Assembly: GCA_038824715.1 (NCBI GenBank)
Contig: JAWBPP010000002.1
Location: forward strand, 1 to 40,257
Source: Candidatus Anstonellaceae archaeon
GTDB taxonomy: Archaea; Micrarchaeota; Micrarchaeia; Anstonellales; Anstonellaceae
Reading direction: 5' to 3'
DNA: 40,257 nucleotides
Part shown: positions 1 to 8,089 of the stretch, piece after piece
Layout of the letters: each line of letters begins with the position of its first letter
Numbering within the stretch: position 1 is the stretch's first letter
Notes under the pieces: generated by a model
What the model was told of the DNA's origin: nothing
The model's database searches: none
The model's input: the letters and a program-made list of their open reading frames with translations, nothing else
Made by a program: the position numbers and the translations under genes

Positions 1-316
1 CTTCGGCAAAATAGACTGTCTGCGCTGTCGAGGTGAAGTCTTCCTCCATTTTCTTCGTCAGCTTCTTATCAGCAAAGGCATTCCACTGAAAGACAAGGAC
101 GTAATAGAAGCATACACCCATCTTTTCGAGGTTCAGGTTTGGCGTTGCGCCAGCAAGCAGACCCTCTTCGGTGAATTTTTTCCTGATGCGTGAGACGGTT
201 GCCTTGCTGACCTTCATCTCCTTGGCTATCTCCGAATCGTTCTTGTCGCCGCCCTTTGTGAGGCTGATTAAGAAGCTTCTCTCTGTTTTTGTCAGCTTGA
301 TGGAACTTTGTTGCAT
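1..316 (-). CDS. Lrp/AsnC-like winged-helix transcription regulator (C-terminal part runs off the window)
   Basis: Hand translation of the minus strand from ATG 316-314 gives MQQSSIKLTKTERSFLISLTKGGDKNDSEIAKEMKVSKATVSRIRKKFTEEGLLAGATPNLNLEKMGVCFYYVLVFQWNAF... This has an HTH segment followed by the start of a small effector-type domain. It is absent from the ORF track because no stop lies inside the window. Confidence 0.6.
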   Translation of the reverse strand, partial: MQQSSIKLTKTERSFLISLTKGGDKNDSEIAKEMKVSKATVSRIRKKFTEEGLLAGATPNLNLEKMGVCFYYVLVFQWNAFADKKLTKKMEEDFTSTAQTVYFAE

Positions 317-336
317 ATTACTTGTTTATTATGGAA

Positions 337-347
337 CATATTTTAAA
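337..347 (-). promoter_or_regulatory. TATA-like box for the regulator gene
   Basis: The minus strand reads CTTTAAAATAT, centred about 26 nt upstream of ATG 316. No Shine-Dalgarno motif is present, which fits an archaeal leaderless transcript. Confidence 0.3.
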
Positions 348-443
348 GATATCGAAACAGGCGACGCAGAGGCCTAGAGGCTCTTGCACCATCGAGAGGG
401 AGAGCTGCGCTGAAAAGTTGTTTAAATCCTATTCCCGAAATAG

Positions 444-659
444 CCTTGCCTCTGGCCGTTTTCATCTTCCACAAATTTGATTACGGGTGGGAGGCAGGCG
501 CACTGCTCAGGACATGCAAGCAAGGAGGATTTGGCTGACCTCATAAAGGCGATTAACCCGAAGCTGCTTATACCGATTCATACTGAAAAGGCGGAGGATT
601 TCAAGGGGCTGCACGCAAACGTGAAGATACCTGAAGAAGGGAAGACGATGGAGATTTGA
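444..659 (+). pseudogene. C-terminal relic of a metallo-beta-lactamase / beta-CASP (RNase J-like) gene
   Basis: The frame opens just after a TAG at 441-443. The translation ...AHCSGHASKEDLADLIKAINPKLLIPIHTEKAEDF... resembles the last conserved motifs (H-x-SGHA ... P-x-H-[GT]-E) of MBL/beta-CASP nucleases. Only about 60-70 codons remain out of an expected >400, and there is no room for the N-terminal part. Confidence 0.55.
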
Positions 660-677
660 TTCCAAATTTGAGATTAT

Positions 678-2150
678 TTATATATAAAATTTAAACCTGG
701 GACTACGTTCTTTTACAGAGGGATTAGAAACCAATATCTCTCCAACTGCATTTGAAAATCCTATTGTAACTGGTTGTGAATCTCCAAACTTACAGCTATT
801 ATAGTTAAGTTTTGTAAGCCCTAGGATGTCTTTTGAGACTTGCACGATGGAAGCTTCGCCATGCTGTATGTCTATTCTTAGTGGTACGGGGACTTCCCAA
901 CCATCATAGGAGTTAAGAGACGGCTTGAAACCCGATGTCCAAAGAAAACCTGTCCTTGGACTTGCCTTTAGGAATGTGCCTCGCATAACAGGATATTTCC
1001 CTAGACGGAAAAGGCGCATTGATTTATCAGCCCTAACCCGGATACCGACTAGTTTTACTCCAATCGGGCAAGCTTCTTGATACCCTGAAAACTCGTCCGC
1101 GCTTATATCAGAGCGTGCATGTAAGAAGATTTCTGTAAGTTTCTTTCCCTCTAATTGCTCGTAGGTGGCCAAAACACCCTTAAGTAAATTCTTTGCGGCT
1201 ATGCTAGAGAGATGAAACTGATCGTCTTTTTCAGAATACCATGGACCTTCATCGCCAAGAAATACGACGCCATCGCCTGAATCTAGAAACATTTGCGCTG
1301 CACAACATGCTGTTTTGCTAGCCATTTCAGCATTAGTCTTTCTAAAAGAGATTCCAACATAACATACACCTTCTCTCGCAGAAGCCAATTTCCATGGTTT
1401 CCCGCCTGCCTTGTAAAAGAGTGTTGTGCAGAGGTTCCATGCACGATCAGACAATGGAGTCACTTTTCGTTCGTCAGTTAGTGTAGATTCCCTTACTATT
1501 TGAATAGGTACGCCATATTTCATTGTCCTTGCCTTAATCTGACGACGAAAATCAACCGATAGTTTATATGTTTCGATATCCCATGCACCGCTTATAGAAG
1601 TTTGCCCTGCCGCACGGTCTTTTCGGACACTTAGAGGGACGGACTCGCCCCATCCATCAGAAACACTGGACAAAGGACGACAATTTAACCACACTTCATC
1701 TGGAACGACGCAAACAAGCACATGGAAAGCTTCATCTTTTTTCTCTATAAGTGATATACCGTCTATATATTTTTGGACTACATCAAAAGCACGTTGATTG
1801 GGGTCGCGTTGATGTGAAGCTTTGATTAGCTCAGCTTCATCTATCTCGAACTGAAATGCGGGAGTTTCAGGCCACGTCGAATCTAGAGCTTCTCTAAATC
1901 CTGGAAAGAGGGGCCAAAGTTTCTGATTCTTTAGATTAGGATATATTGGAAAGTTGATTATCTTGGACCAATTAGCAAATTCACGAATGCCACTAGGAGT
2001 ACCAATAACACCGTATATTATATTTTTTGGATGCGAACTCATATCTGTATCGTGTGGTCCAAACAACGATAATCCGTCATGAGGATCAAAAAGTTTTTGG
2101 TCATACCTGAAGGAAAGTAACGGCTCGCTAAATATAGTGGTGGTGCTCAT
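678..2150 (-). CDS. Short prokaryotic Argonaute (MID-PIWI only, predicted catalytically inactive), the SPARTA-type pAgo subunit
   Basis: The 490-aa product starts EPLLSFRYDQKLFDPHDGLSLFGP. It contains YKAGGKPWKL, ACCAAQMFLDSGDGVVF, GPWY and LTKLNYNSC, and ends RFKFYI. No N or PAZ domains are present. Its ATG overlaps the upstream TIR-APAZ stop (ATGA at 2147-2150). Confidence 0.9.
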   Translation of the reverse strand: MSTTTIFSEPLLSFRYDQKLFDPHDGLSLFGPHDTDMSSHPKNIIYGVIGTPSGIREFANWSKIINFPIYPNLKNQKLWPLFPGFREALDSTWPETPAFQFEIDEAELIKASHQRDPNQRAFDVVQKYIDGISLIEKKDEAFHVLVCVVPDEVWLNCRPLSSVSDGWGESVPLSVRKDRAAGQTSISGAWDIETYKLSVDFRRQIKARTMKYGVPIQIVRESTLTDERKVTPLSDRAWNLCTTLFYKAGGKPWKLASAREGVCYVGISFRKTNAEMASKTACCAAQMFLDSGDGVVFLGDEGPWYSEKDDQFHLSSIAAKNLLKGVLATYEQLEGKKLTEIFLHARSDISADEFSGYQEACPIGVKLVGIRVRADKSMRLFRLGKYPVMRGTFLKASPRTGFLWTSGFKPSLNSYDGWEVPVPLRIDIQHGEASIVQVSKDILGLTKLNYNSCKFGDSQPVTIGFSNAVGEILVSNPSVKERSPRFKFYI

Positions 2151-3478
2151 GAATCTTCATCCTCAATTTCTTCTTCATATTGTTCGAGTTCTAAGGCTAC
2201 AGAAGGCGAAACGCCGGGCGCAGGATCACGAACAGATAATGGAACGGAGTCTTCTATCAAACTGCTCGAAGCTATAACTTGTTTTTGTACATCGCCGCCA
2301 ACGATAATCTCGCTTTTTCCATTAGACAAGAACATCATCATGGCAAGATAGCGCTTTAGCCATTCTTCATTCCACCATTCTTTGCATACGCTCTTTCTTC
2401 GTGAATTTACACCTCTTCCTCGTATTGGTTCGCCGCCAAGGTTAGTTATGTGTAAGTGGATACTGATAGAAGATATGAAGGAATCATGCCCAGTCTGAAT
2501 TATCTTGAATTTTGGCGCGAGATGAAAAAGAAATTTTGTGTCTCCTTTTATGGTGTGTCTTACTCTTTCTCCCCCATATCCAATCGAAATGGGATGACCC
2601 ATATATTCGATACGAATTCTTTTGGGAGTTAAGGAACGAGGCATGTAGATAGCCCCAGTTTCGGCGCATAACTTCATTCCCCTAGAGAAGCATGCAACAT
2701 GAAGCGACTTCTGGAGGAGATTCGTAACTACATTTCTAGTTGGAATGCCGCATATTTCCTCGACTGTTTTCCAATCAAAATCAGTAACTTTTTCTGCATC
2801 AGAATCAATTGATGCAGGAGGATCAGTAAAAGCCAATACGTTCTCATCATTAACTGGATAAAATGCCCAATTCTCGTCTATGCCTGCAATTTGATGGCCA
2901 TTTGGTAGATAGAATTGTAGAACGTTTTCAGGTATTTTCAGGAATTGAAAACGATTTGAGATAACCTTTTCCGGGCGCCCGATTGTCGATTCATTATGCA
3001 TAAAGGGAGTAGCAACGATGCTCTTTCCATTTGACAGGAGGGGCTTTGGCGCATCTATAGATGCAAGTTTTTCCATAAGTTGATCAAAGCCATTTGCCCA
3101 ACCCTTATGAAATGGTATAAATGTCAAGTCGCTAATCATCCAGTTTAGCTCAGAAGGTTTCACTCCCCCGATATTCACGGGGATTATAAAATCAATTTTT
3201 CTTTCTTTAGACAGATTGACGGCTAAAGTTTGTTCTTTTTGAGGGTTTTCTTTCTGTAAGTATGCCTGGGACAGTACTGCTAGAAATCGAAAGGTCCTAT
3301 TTTTAATCGCATTATCTATATCCTTTGGGTAAGACTCTCCTCCGAGCTGGTTTAGTTTTGCACACCAAACGGCATATCCCTGTGCTGTTAATTTACGTGC
3401 CAACCATAAGACAAATTGGAGGTCTTCTTCTGCGTAACTTAAGAATAGATGATTTCGAGATTGCTCATCACTCTCCAT
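2147..3478 (-). CDS. TIR-APAZ protein (N-terminal TIR NADase domain plus APAZ), the SPARTA-type effector subunit
   Basis: The 443-aa product has TIR-like residues at about 9-140 (HLFLSYAEEDLQFVLWLARKLTAQGYAVWCAKL...FRFLAVLSQAYLQKENPQKEQTLAV...FIIPVNIG). The following ~300 aa have no other obvious motif and fit APAZ. The gene is 4-nt coupled to the short pAgo gene. Confidence 0.9.
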   Translation of the reverse strand: MESDEQSRNHLFLSYAEEDLQFVLWLARKLTAQGYAVWCAKLNQLGGESYPKDIDNAIKNRTFRFLAVLSQAYLQKENPQKEQTLAVNLSKERKIDFIIPVNIGGVKPSELNWMISDLTFIPFHKGWANGFDQLMEKLASIDAPKPLLSNGKSIVATPFMHNESTIGRPEKVISNRFQFLKIPENVLQFYLPNGHQIAGIDENWAFYPVNDENVLAFTDPPASIDSDAEKVTDFDWKTVEEICGIPTRNVVTNLLQKSLHVACFSRGMKLCAETGAIYMPRSLTPKRIRIEYMGHPISIGYGGERVRHTIKGDTKFLFHLAPKFKIIQTGHDSFISSISIHLHITNLGGEPIRGRGVNSRRKSVCKEWWNEEWLKRYLAMMMFLSNGKSEIIVGGDVQKQVIASSSLIEDSVPLSVRDPAPGVSPSVALELEQYEEEIEDEDS

Positions 3479-3507
3479 ATTAATCAGAGTATATCAGCTT
3501 ATTGGAG

Positions 3508-3516
3508 ATATTTAAA
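3508..3516 (-). promoter_or_regulatory. TATA-like box upstream of the TIR-APAZ/pAgo operon
   Basis: The minus strand reads TTTAAATAT, centred about 34 nt upstream of ATG 3478. No clear SD motif is present. Confidence 0.3.
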
Positions 3517-3739
3517 CATGCTTTGCGTAAGTCGATTTTAGGCAAGTGCGAGACTATAACACATTCATATCACGCAGAAATTTCTTAGGAAATCTACTGC
3601 TGCAACATTTTTATCGCCGTTCCACCGGCATCGTACTGGAGAAAGGGATATAAATGCAGAATGTTCCATTTATCGACGGTTGAGAGGGTCCAAAAAGGGG
3701 CACCGCTCTGGCACCAGCCATCTGCGTCCGATGGGAGCG

Positions 3740-3853
3740 CTATTTTTTCTTTTCCCTTCGCTCGTGCCAGGAATCCTTTTTGCGCGCAAGCTTCCTAAGG
3801 CTCGGATAGGGCTTCTTCTTTTCTTTTTCGGGGAATTCGTCCTCAATTGTCAT
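3740..3853 (-). CDS. Possible 37-aa lysine-rich small ORF downstream of phoU
   Basis: Hand translation gives MTIEDEFPEKEKKKPYPSLRKLARKKDSWHERREKKK*. It starts 18 nt after the phoU stop and is followed by a T5 tract. It is below the ORF-track size cutoff and has no recognisable family. Confidence 0.2.
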   Translation of the reverse strand: MTIEDEFPEKEKKKPYPSLRKLARKKDSWHERREKKK

Positions 3854-3871
3854 TGCAACCGCCCGAACTGC

Positions 3872-4528
3872 TCAGTCCAGCAGGTATTTCCTGTCGCCGG
3901 TCACCATGTAGCCGGTGGCGTTCGTTATGCGGATGGCGTTGTCAGCCGCGCGCTCTAGGTACTTTGATATCATATATGCGCGGAAAGCTACTTCTGCAGA
4001 CTGCCTTCCTTTCTGCGCCTGCCCCTTCAGCTTTTCAAGGAGGATGCGCTGGGACTCGTCGTTCTCCTTTTCAAGCTCCACCACTTCCTTAGAAAGCGCC
4101 ATGTCTTTTTCCACAAAGCCCCGTACGGCTATCCTGAGTGCGCCTTCGGCAGTCTTGCCCATGCTGGAAAATTCAGGCAGGCCAACCGTTATTCTCGTGC
4201 GCAAGAGCAGCATGGTCTGCGCGATTTCGGATGCGTAATTTGCACACCGCTCCAGCTTTCTTGCTGCATGAAGCGAGGAAGTTATGAATCGCAGGTCTGA
4301 AGCCACAGGCTGCTGGCGCGCAAGCATCTGCAGGCATTTTTCCTCAATTGAGACAAACTTCCTGTTGGCCTGCGAAGCCATGGCAACCACCTTCCTCTGC
4401 CCTGCCTTGTCCCATTTTTCTATGCACTTTCCGGAAAGAGAAAACATGCTGCATACCTGCTCGCCAAGCTCAGCCAAATCATCCTTCACGGAATCGAGCT
4501 GCTGGACGTATTTTTCGCGCACCATCAT
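3872..4528 (-). CDS. phoU: Phosphate transport regulator PhoU
   Basis: The 218-aa product has a two-repeat helical PhoU pattern (...VASDLRFITSSLHAARKLERCANYASEIA... / ...AFRAYMISKYLERAADNAIRI). It lies directly downstream of pstB. Confidence 0.85.
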   Translation of the reverse strand: MMVREKYVQQLDSVKDDLAELGEQVCSMFSLSGKCIEKWDKAGQRKVVAMASQANRKFVSIEEKCLQMLARQQPVASDLRFITSSLHAARKLERCANYASEIAQTMLLLRTRITVGLPEFSSMGKTAEGALRIAVRGFVEKDMALSKEVVELEKENDESQRILLEKLKGQAQKGRQSAEVAFRAYMISKYLERAADNAIRITNATGYMVTGDRKYLLD

Positions 4529-4548
4529 GACACCTCATTTGAACATGC

Positions 4549-5322
4549 TTAGCCGAACCTTCCAGTCAGATACATCTCCGTGCTCTTTTCCTTCGGGCGC
4601 TCGAACATTTCGTCCGTCCGGCCATATTCCACCAATTTTCCAAGGTAGAAATAGGCGGTGTAATCCGAGACGCGCGCCGCCTGCTGTATGTTGTGGGTGA
4701 CTATCACCACAGTATATTTCTCCTTGAGCCTGCCAATCAGGTCCTCTATCTTCGCCGTTGATATCGGGTCAAGCGCAGAGCAGGGCTCATCCATGAGGAG
4801 GACTTCCGGCCCTACTGAAAGCGCGCGAGCAATGCACAGCCGCTGCTTCTGCCCGCCTGAAAGCTCCATAGCCGATTTGCCAAGGTCGTCTTTGACCTCG
4901 TCCCAAAGGGCAGCTTCGCGAAGAGAGCTTTCCACGATGGAATTTATCTTGGCGCTGTCCCTCTCCCCGTGTATTTTGGGGCCATACGCCACATTCTCAT
5001 AGATGGATTTCGGGAACGGGTTTGGGAGCTGAAAGACCATGCCGACCTTTTTCCGAAGCAGCACCTCATCTGTCTGAGGAGAATAGACATCTGTTCCCCC
5101 GATCTTTATCTCCCCCTGAACCTTGCACGATGGGATGAGGTCGTTGAGCCTGTTTATGCAACGAAGGAAAGTCGTCTTGCCGCAGCCCGAAGGGCCGATT
5201 AGCGCTGTGGCGCAGCTTGACCTTATGTCAAGTGAAACATCGTAAAGCACGCGCTTTTGCCCGTACCAGACGCTGACGCCTTTTGCAGAAATTTCCACAT
5301 TGCTGCCTGATGGTTTCACCAT
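4549..5322 (-). CDS. pstB: Phosphate ABC transporter ATP-binding protein PstB
   Basis: Walker [13 protein letters not shown] signature [15 protein letters not shown], Walker [12 protein letters not shown]. The length and end motifs are typical of PstB. Confidence 0.95.
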   Translation of the reverse strand: MVKPSGSNVEISAKGVSVWYGQKRVLYDVSLDIRSSCATALIGPSGCGKTTFLRCINRLNDLIPSCKVQGEIKIGGTDVYSPQTDEVLLRKKVGMVFQLPNPFPKSIYENVAYGPKIHGERDSAKINSIVESSLREAALWDEVKDDLGKSAMELSGGQKQRLCIARALSVGPEVLLMDEPCSALDPISTAKIEDLIGRLKEKYTVVIVTHNIQQAARVSDYTAYFYLGKLVEYGRTDEMFERPKEKSTEMYLTGRFG

Positions 5323-6308
5323 TGGTATTTCCTCCGGTAGTGCGACCTTAAGATGATTGCTGACAGGTTGAGCAGGAGCACGAGCACAAGAAGCACGAGA
5401 GCAGTGCCATACTGCATGGGCTGGGTTGCCTTGAGGTTGAAAGATTGCGTGGACAGTATGTAGAGGTGGTAGGGAAGCGCCATCGTCTGGTCGAAAATCG
5501 AGGAAGGGAGAGAGGGGAGGAAATAGGCGGCGGCAGTGAAGAGTATTGGCGCGGTTTCGCCCGCCGCCCTTCCGAGGGCGAGTATGGCGCCCGTGAGTAT
5601 GCCAGGCATCGCATAGGGAAGCACGTGGTGCCAGATTGTTTCTAGCTTCGTAGCTCCGAGAGCAAGCGAGGCTTCCCGGAATGAATAGGGAACTGAGAGG
5701 AGAGCCTCCTCGGATGCCTTGATGATGACCGGAAGCACCATGACTGCAAGCGTTAGGCTGCCTGCCAAAATCGAGGCGCCAAAGCCGAAGAAATTCACGA
5801 AAAGGGCGAATCCGAAAAGCCCGAAAACAATGGATGGCACGCCTGCAAGATTGGAGATGGCGCTGTTCACCAATCGGAGAGCTTTGCCTTCCTTTGCGTA
5901 TTCGGTCAGGTAAATCGCGGTTATTACTCCCACAGGCAAGGCTGCGGCTATTGCCCCAACTGCAAGCGCCACTGTCCCGAATATGGCGGGGAAAATTCCG
6001 CCTTTGCTCATGCCTGCTGTTGGGCTTTCAGTCAGGAAGCCCACTGAAATCGCAGATGCGCCCTTGGAGATGATGTCAAGAAGGACGATGAAAAGCGCGG
6101 CAAGGACAATAATCGCGCACAGCTTCAGGAATGAGAATGCGGCTGCCTGTTCGAATTTCCTTTTTGCAAGGCTGGATGCGAATTGCGGCGAGATCACGCT
6201 AATCCCCCCCACGAGAATTTGCGGGCATTTGCCCGAAGGCAAATGGGCATGTGGATCTTTGCCCCTGCCCCCCATTTGTTCTGCTGGCGCAATGTTTGTT
6301 CGTACCAC
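5316..6308 (-). CDS. pstA: Phosphate ABC transporter permease PstA
   Basis: Polytopic membrane protein with the EAA-type loop ([22 protein letters not shown]). It overlaps the pstB start by 7 nt and abuts pstC. Confidence 0.9.
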   Translation of the reverse strand: MVRTNIAPAEQMGGRGKDPHAHLPSGKCPQILVGGISVISPQFASSLAKRKFEQAAAFSFLKLCAIIVLAALFIVLLDIISKGASAISVGFLTESPTAGMSKGGIFPAIFGTVALAVGAIAAALPVGVITAIYLTEYAKEGKALRLVNSAISNLAGVPSIVFGLFGFALFVNFFGFGASILAGSLTLAVMVLPVIIKASEEALLSVPYSFREASLALGATKLETIWHHVLPYAMPGILTGAILALGRAAGETAPILFTAAAYFLPSLPSSIFDQTMALPYHLYILSTQSFNLKATQPMQYGTALVLLVLVLLLNLSAIILRSHYRRKYQW

Positions 6309-7193
6309 TCATGCAAATCTCTGCCTTTTTATGAATATGTTGGCGGCGATATTGACAGTAAAGCTTATCAGGAAGAGCAGGCAGGCAATCATGAAAAGAG
6401 CCTGGTAGTGCGCGCTCCCTATGGCTACCTCGCCCATCTCGGCAGCGATTGTCCCGGTCATGGTCCGCACGGGGTCAAAGAATCCTGTGGGGATTACCGC
6501 CGCGTTGCCTGTTGCCATGAGCACCACCATGGTTTCCCCGATTGCCCGCCCGAAGCCGAGAAGGACTGCAACTGCAATTCCGGGCAAAGCAGAGGGGAGG
6601 GTAACGTGCCATATCGTCTCCCACTTAGTGGCACCCATTGCAAGCGAGGCCTCGCGAAAACCCTTTGGGACCGCGCGCAGCGCGTCCTCCGAAATAGTCT
6701 CGATTGTCGGGACCACCATGAGCGCAAGCACGAGCGCGCCATTCAGGGCGTTCAATCCGCTTGGCAGTCCGAAAACCTGGGAAATCGCAGGCGAAATGAC
6801 CACCAGCGCGAAAAAGCCGAGCACCACAGAAGGTATGCCTGCGATTATTTCTATGGTTGGCTTGAGTATTTCCGATATTTTCGGGCTTGCAAGCTCAGAG
6901 AGGTAAACAGCGCAGCCTAGCCCAAGCGGTATGGCAAGAAAAAGGGCGCCCGCAGTTACCAGAATGGAGCCGGACAGGAGCGCCAGCATGCCAAAACGCG
7001 GGTTGGCGGAGGTTGGCTGCCAGTCGGCCCCGAAAAGCATCTCGGAGAGGCTTTCAAACTGCAGAAGCTTCAGCCCTTCGGAAAAAAGGAAGAGGAAGAT
7101 GAGGGCGACCGCAAGCACTGAAGCGAATGCGATGAGCATCACTGCCCTTTTTGCAGCCCATTCGAGGCGAGTGTTTTTCGAGATAGCAACCAA
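6309..7193 (-). CDS. pstC: Phosphate ABC transporter permease PstC
   Basis: Polytopic membrane protein with FREASLAMGATKWETIWHVTLP. It sits between pstS and pstA. Confidence 0.9.
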   Translation of the reverse strand: MVAISKNTRLEWAAKRAVMLIAFASVLAVALIFLFLFSEGLKLLQFESLSEMLFGADWQPTSANPRFGMLALLSGSILVTAGALFLAIPLGLGCAVYLSELASPKISEILKPTIEIIAGIPSVVLGFFALVVISPAISQVFGLPSGLNALNGALVLALMVVPTIETISEDALRAVPKGFREASLAMGATKWETIWHVTLPSALPGIAVAVLLGFGRAIGETMVVLMATGNAAVIPTGFFDPVRTMTGTIAAEMGEVAIGSAHYQALFMIACLLFLISFTVNIAANIFIKRQRFA

Positions 7194-7222
7194 CCCTTAA
7201 CCAGCAATTTTCCTTCGCGGCT

Positions 7223-8074
7223 TCAGCCAACCCCGAAGTATCCGGTGCTTTCCGCTATTGACTGCCCTTCACTGCCAAGAACGAAATCAACGAATGCTTT
7301 GGCATCCCCTGCCGGTGCCTCGTTGGTGTAGAAATTGAGGGAGCGCGCAATCGAGTATGCACCTGACTTTACGTGTTCCTTGTCAGGCAGATAAGCAATG
7401 GCCGCCTCGTCTTTTGCAACAGGGATTATCTTCACATCTTTCCTCTGCCTTGCATACGCTACACCGGTGTAGCCTATTGCCGTCTTGCTTTGAGATACCG
7501 ACTCGACCAGCACCGCGCTTCCTGAAGAGTACTTGACCGCAGATGCATAGTCCTTATTGGCAAGCACATGCTCCTTCATGAATTCATATGTTCCGGAAGA
7601 GGATTCACGCGAGTATGCATCGATTTTCTCGTCGCTGCCGCCAAGCTCCTTCCAATTTGTAATTTTGCCCGTGAAAATGTCGCGAATCTCTGCAATGGTT
7701 AGCTTCTCTATCGGGTTTTCCGGGTGCACGATTATGGCAATGCCGTCGTATGCGACTATGGTCTTTACCGGCTCCACGCCTTTCTTCCTTGCAGCATCGA
7801 TCTCTGCGGGCTTCATGTCTCGCGAAGCCTCCGCTATGTCAATCTTGCTTTCAGTGAGAGCAGTGATGCCGACGCCTGAGCCTCCCCCGGTTACAGAGAC
7901 TTTTTTGCCCGGATTTTCCTGCATGTACTTTTCAGCCCATGCCTGCCCCAATATGACCATGGTGTCCGAGCCGCCAATCTTCAATTGCGAAGACTGCCCC
8001 TTTGCCGCGCAGCCGAAAAGCAGAAGGGCAATGGCGAATACTGCAGACAGTGCAACGAATCTTTTTTCCAGAAT
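7223..8074 (-). CDS. pstS: Phosphate-binding lipoprotein PstS (start codon uncertain and non-canonical)
   Basis: The mature part matches the PstS/PBP pattern (GGSGVGI..., SRESSSGTYEF). The frame upstream of the track's TTG start (7984) encodes (I)ILEKRFVALSAVFAIALLLFGCAAKGQSSQ, a signal peptide with a lipobox. GGAGG lies at 8081-8085. Confidence 0.8.
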   Translation of the reverse strand: MLEKRFVALSAVFAIALLLFGCAAKGQSSQLKIGGSDTMVILGQAWAEKYMQENPGKKVSVTGGGSGVGITALTESKIDIAEASRDMKPAEIDAARKKGVEPVKTIVAYDGIAIIVHPENPIEKLTIAEIRDIFTGKITNWKELGGSDEKIDAYSRESSSGTYEFMKEHVLANKDYASAVKYSSGSAVLVESVSQSKTAIGYTGVAYARQRKDVKIIPVAKDEAAIAYLPDKEHVKSGAYSIARSLNFYTNEAPAGDAKAFVDFVLGSEGQSIAESTGYFGVG

Positions 8075-8089
8075 AATCTACCTCCAAAT

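Larger units (their letters stand above)
1..3700. other. AT-richer accessory islet (candidate horizontally acquired region; left border outside the window)
   Basis: Hand counts on single 60-nt lines give about 27-48% GC inside 660-3540, against about 60-65% in pstB and purL. The right-hand change lies between about 3540 and 3700. Confidence 0.45.

Noticed and set aside
171-377. 68-aa plus-strand ORF at the window start.
   Set aside because: It is antisense to the Lrp-like regulator frame, which has a clear HTH and a TATA box at the right distance.
644-680. Possible terminator hairpin between the convergent MBL relic and pAgo stops (GAGATT repeats, CAAATTTG palindrome).
   Set aside because: There is only an 8-nt AT palindrome and a 6-nt direct repeat. 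This is too weak to call a structure.
3479-3740. A tRNA-fragment att site or direct repeats marking the right border of the SPARTA islet.
   Set aside because: No match to the tRNA-Pro 3' half or to any other part of the window was seen. The GGCACC...GGCACC pair is a short direct repeat without pairing potential.
3680-4238. Plus-strand ORFs of 81-107 aa around the phoU 3' end.
   Set aside because: They overlap phoU and the small K-rich ORF in antisense, and their translations are Cys/Arg/Ser-rich.
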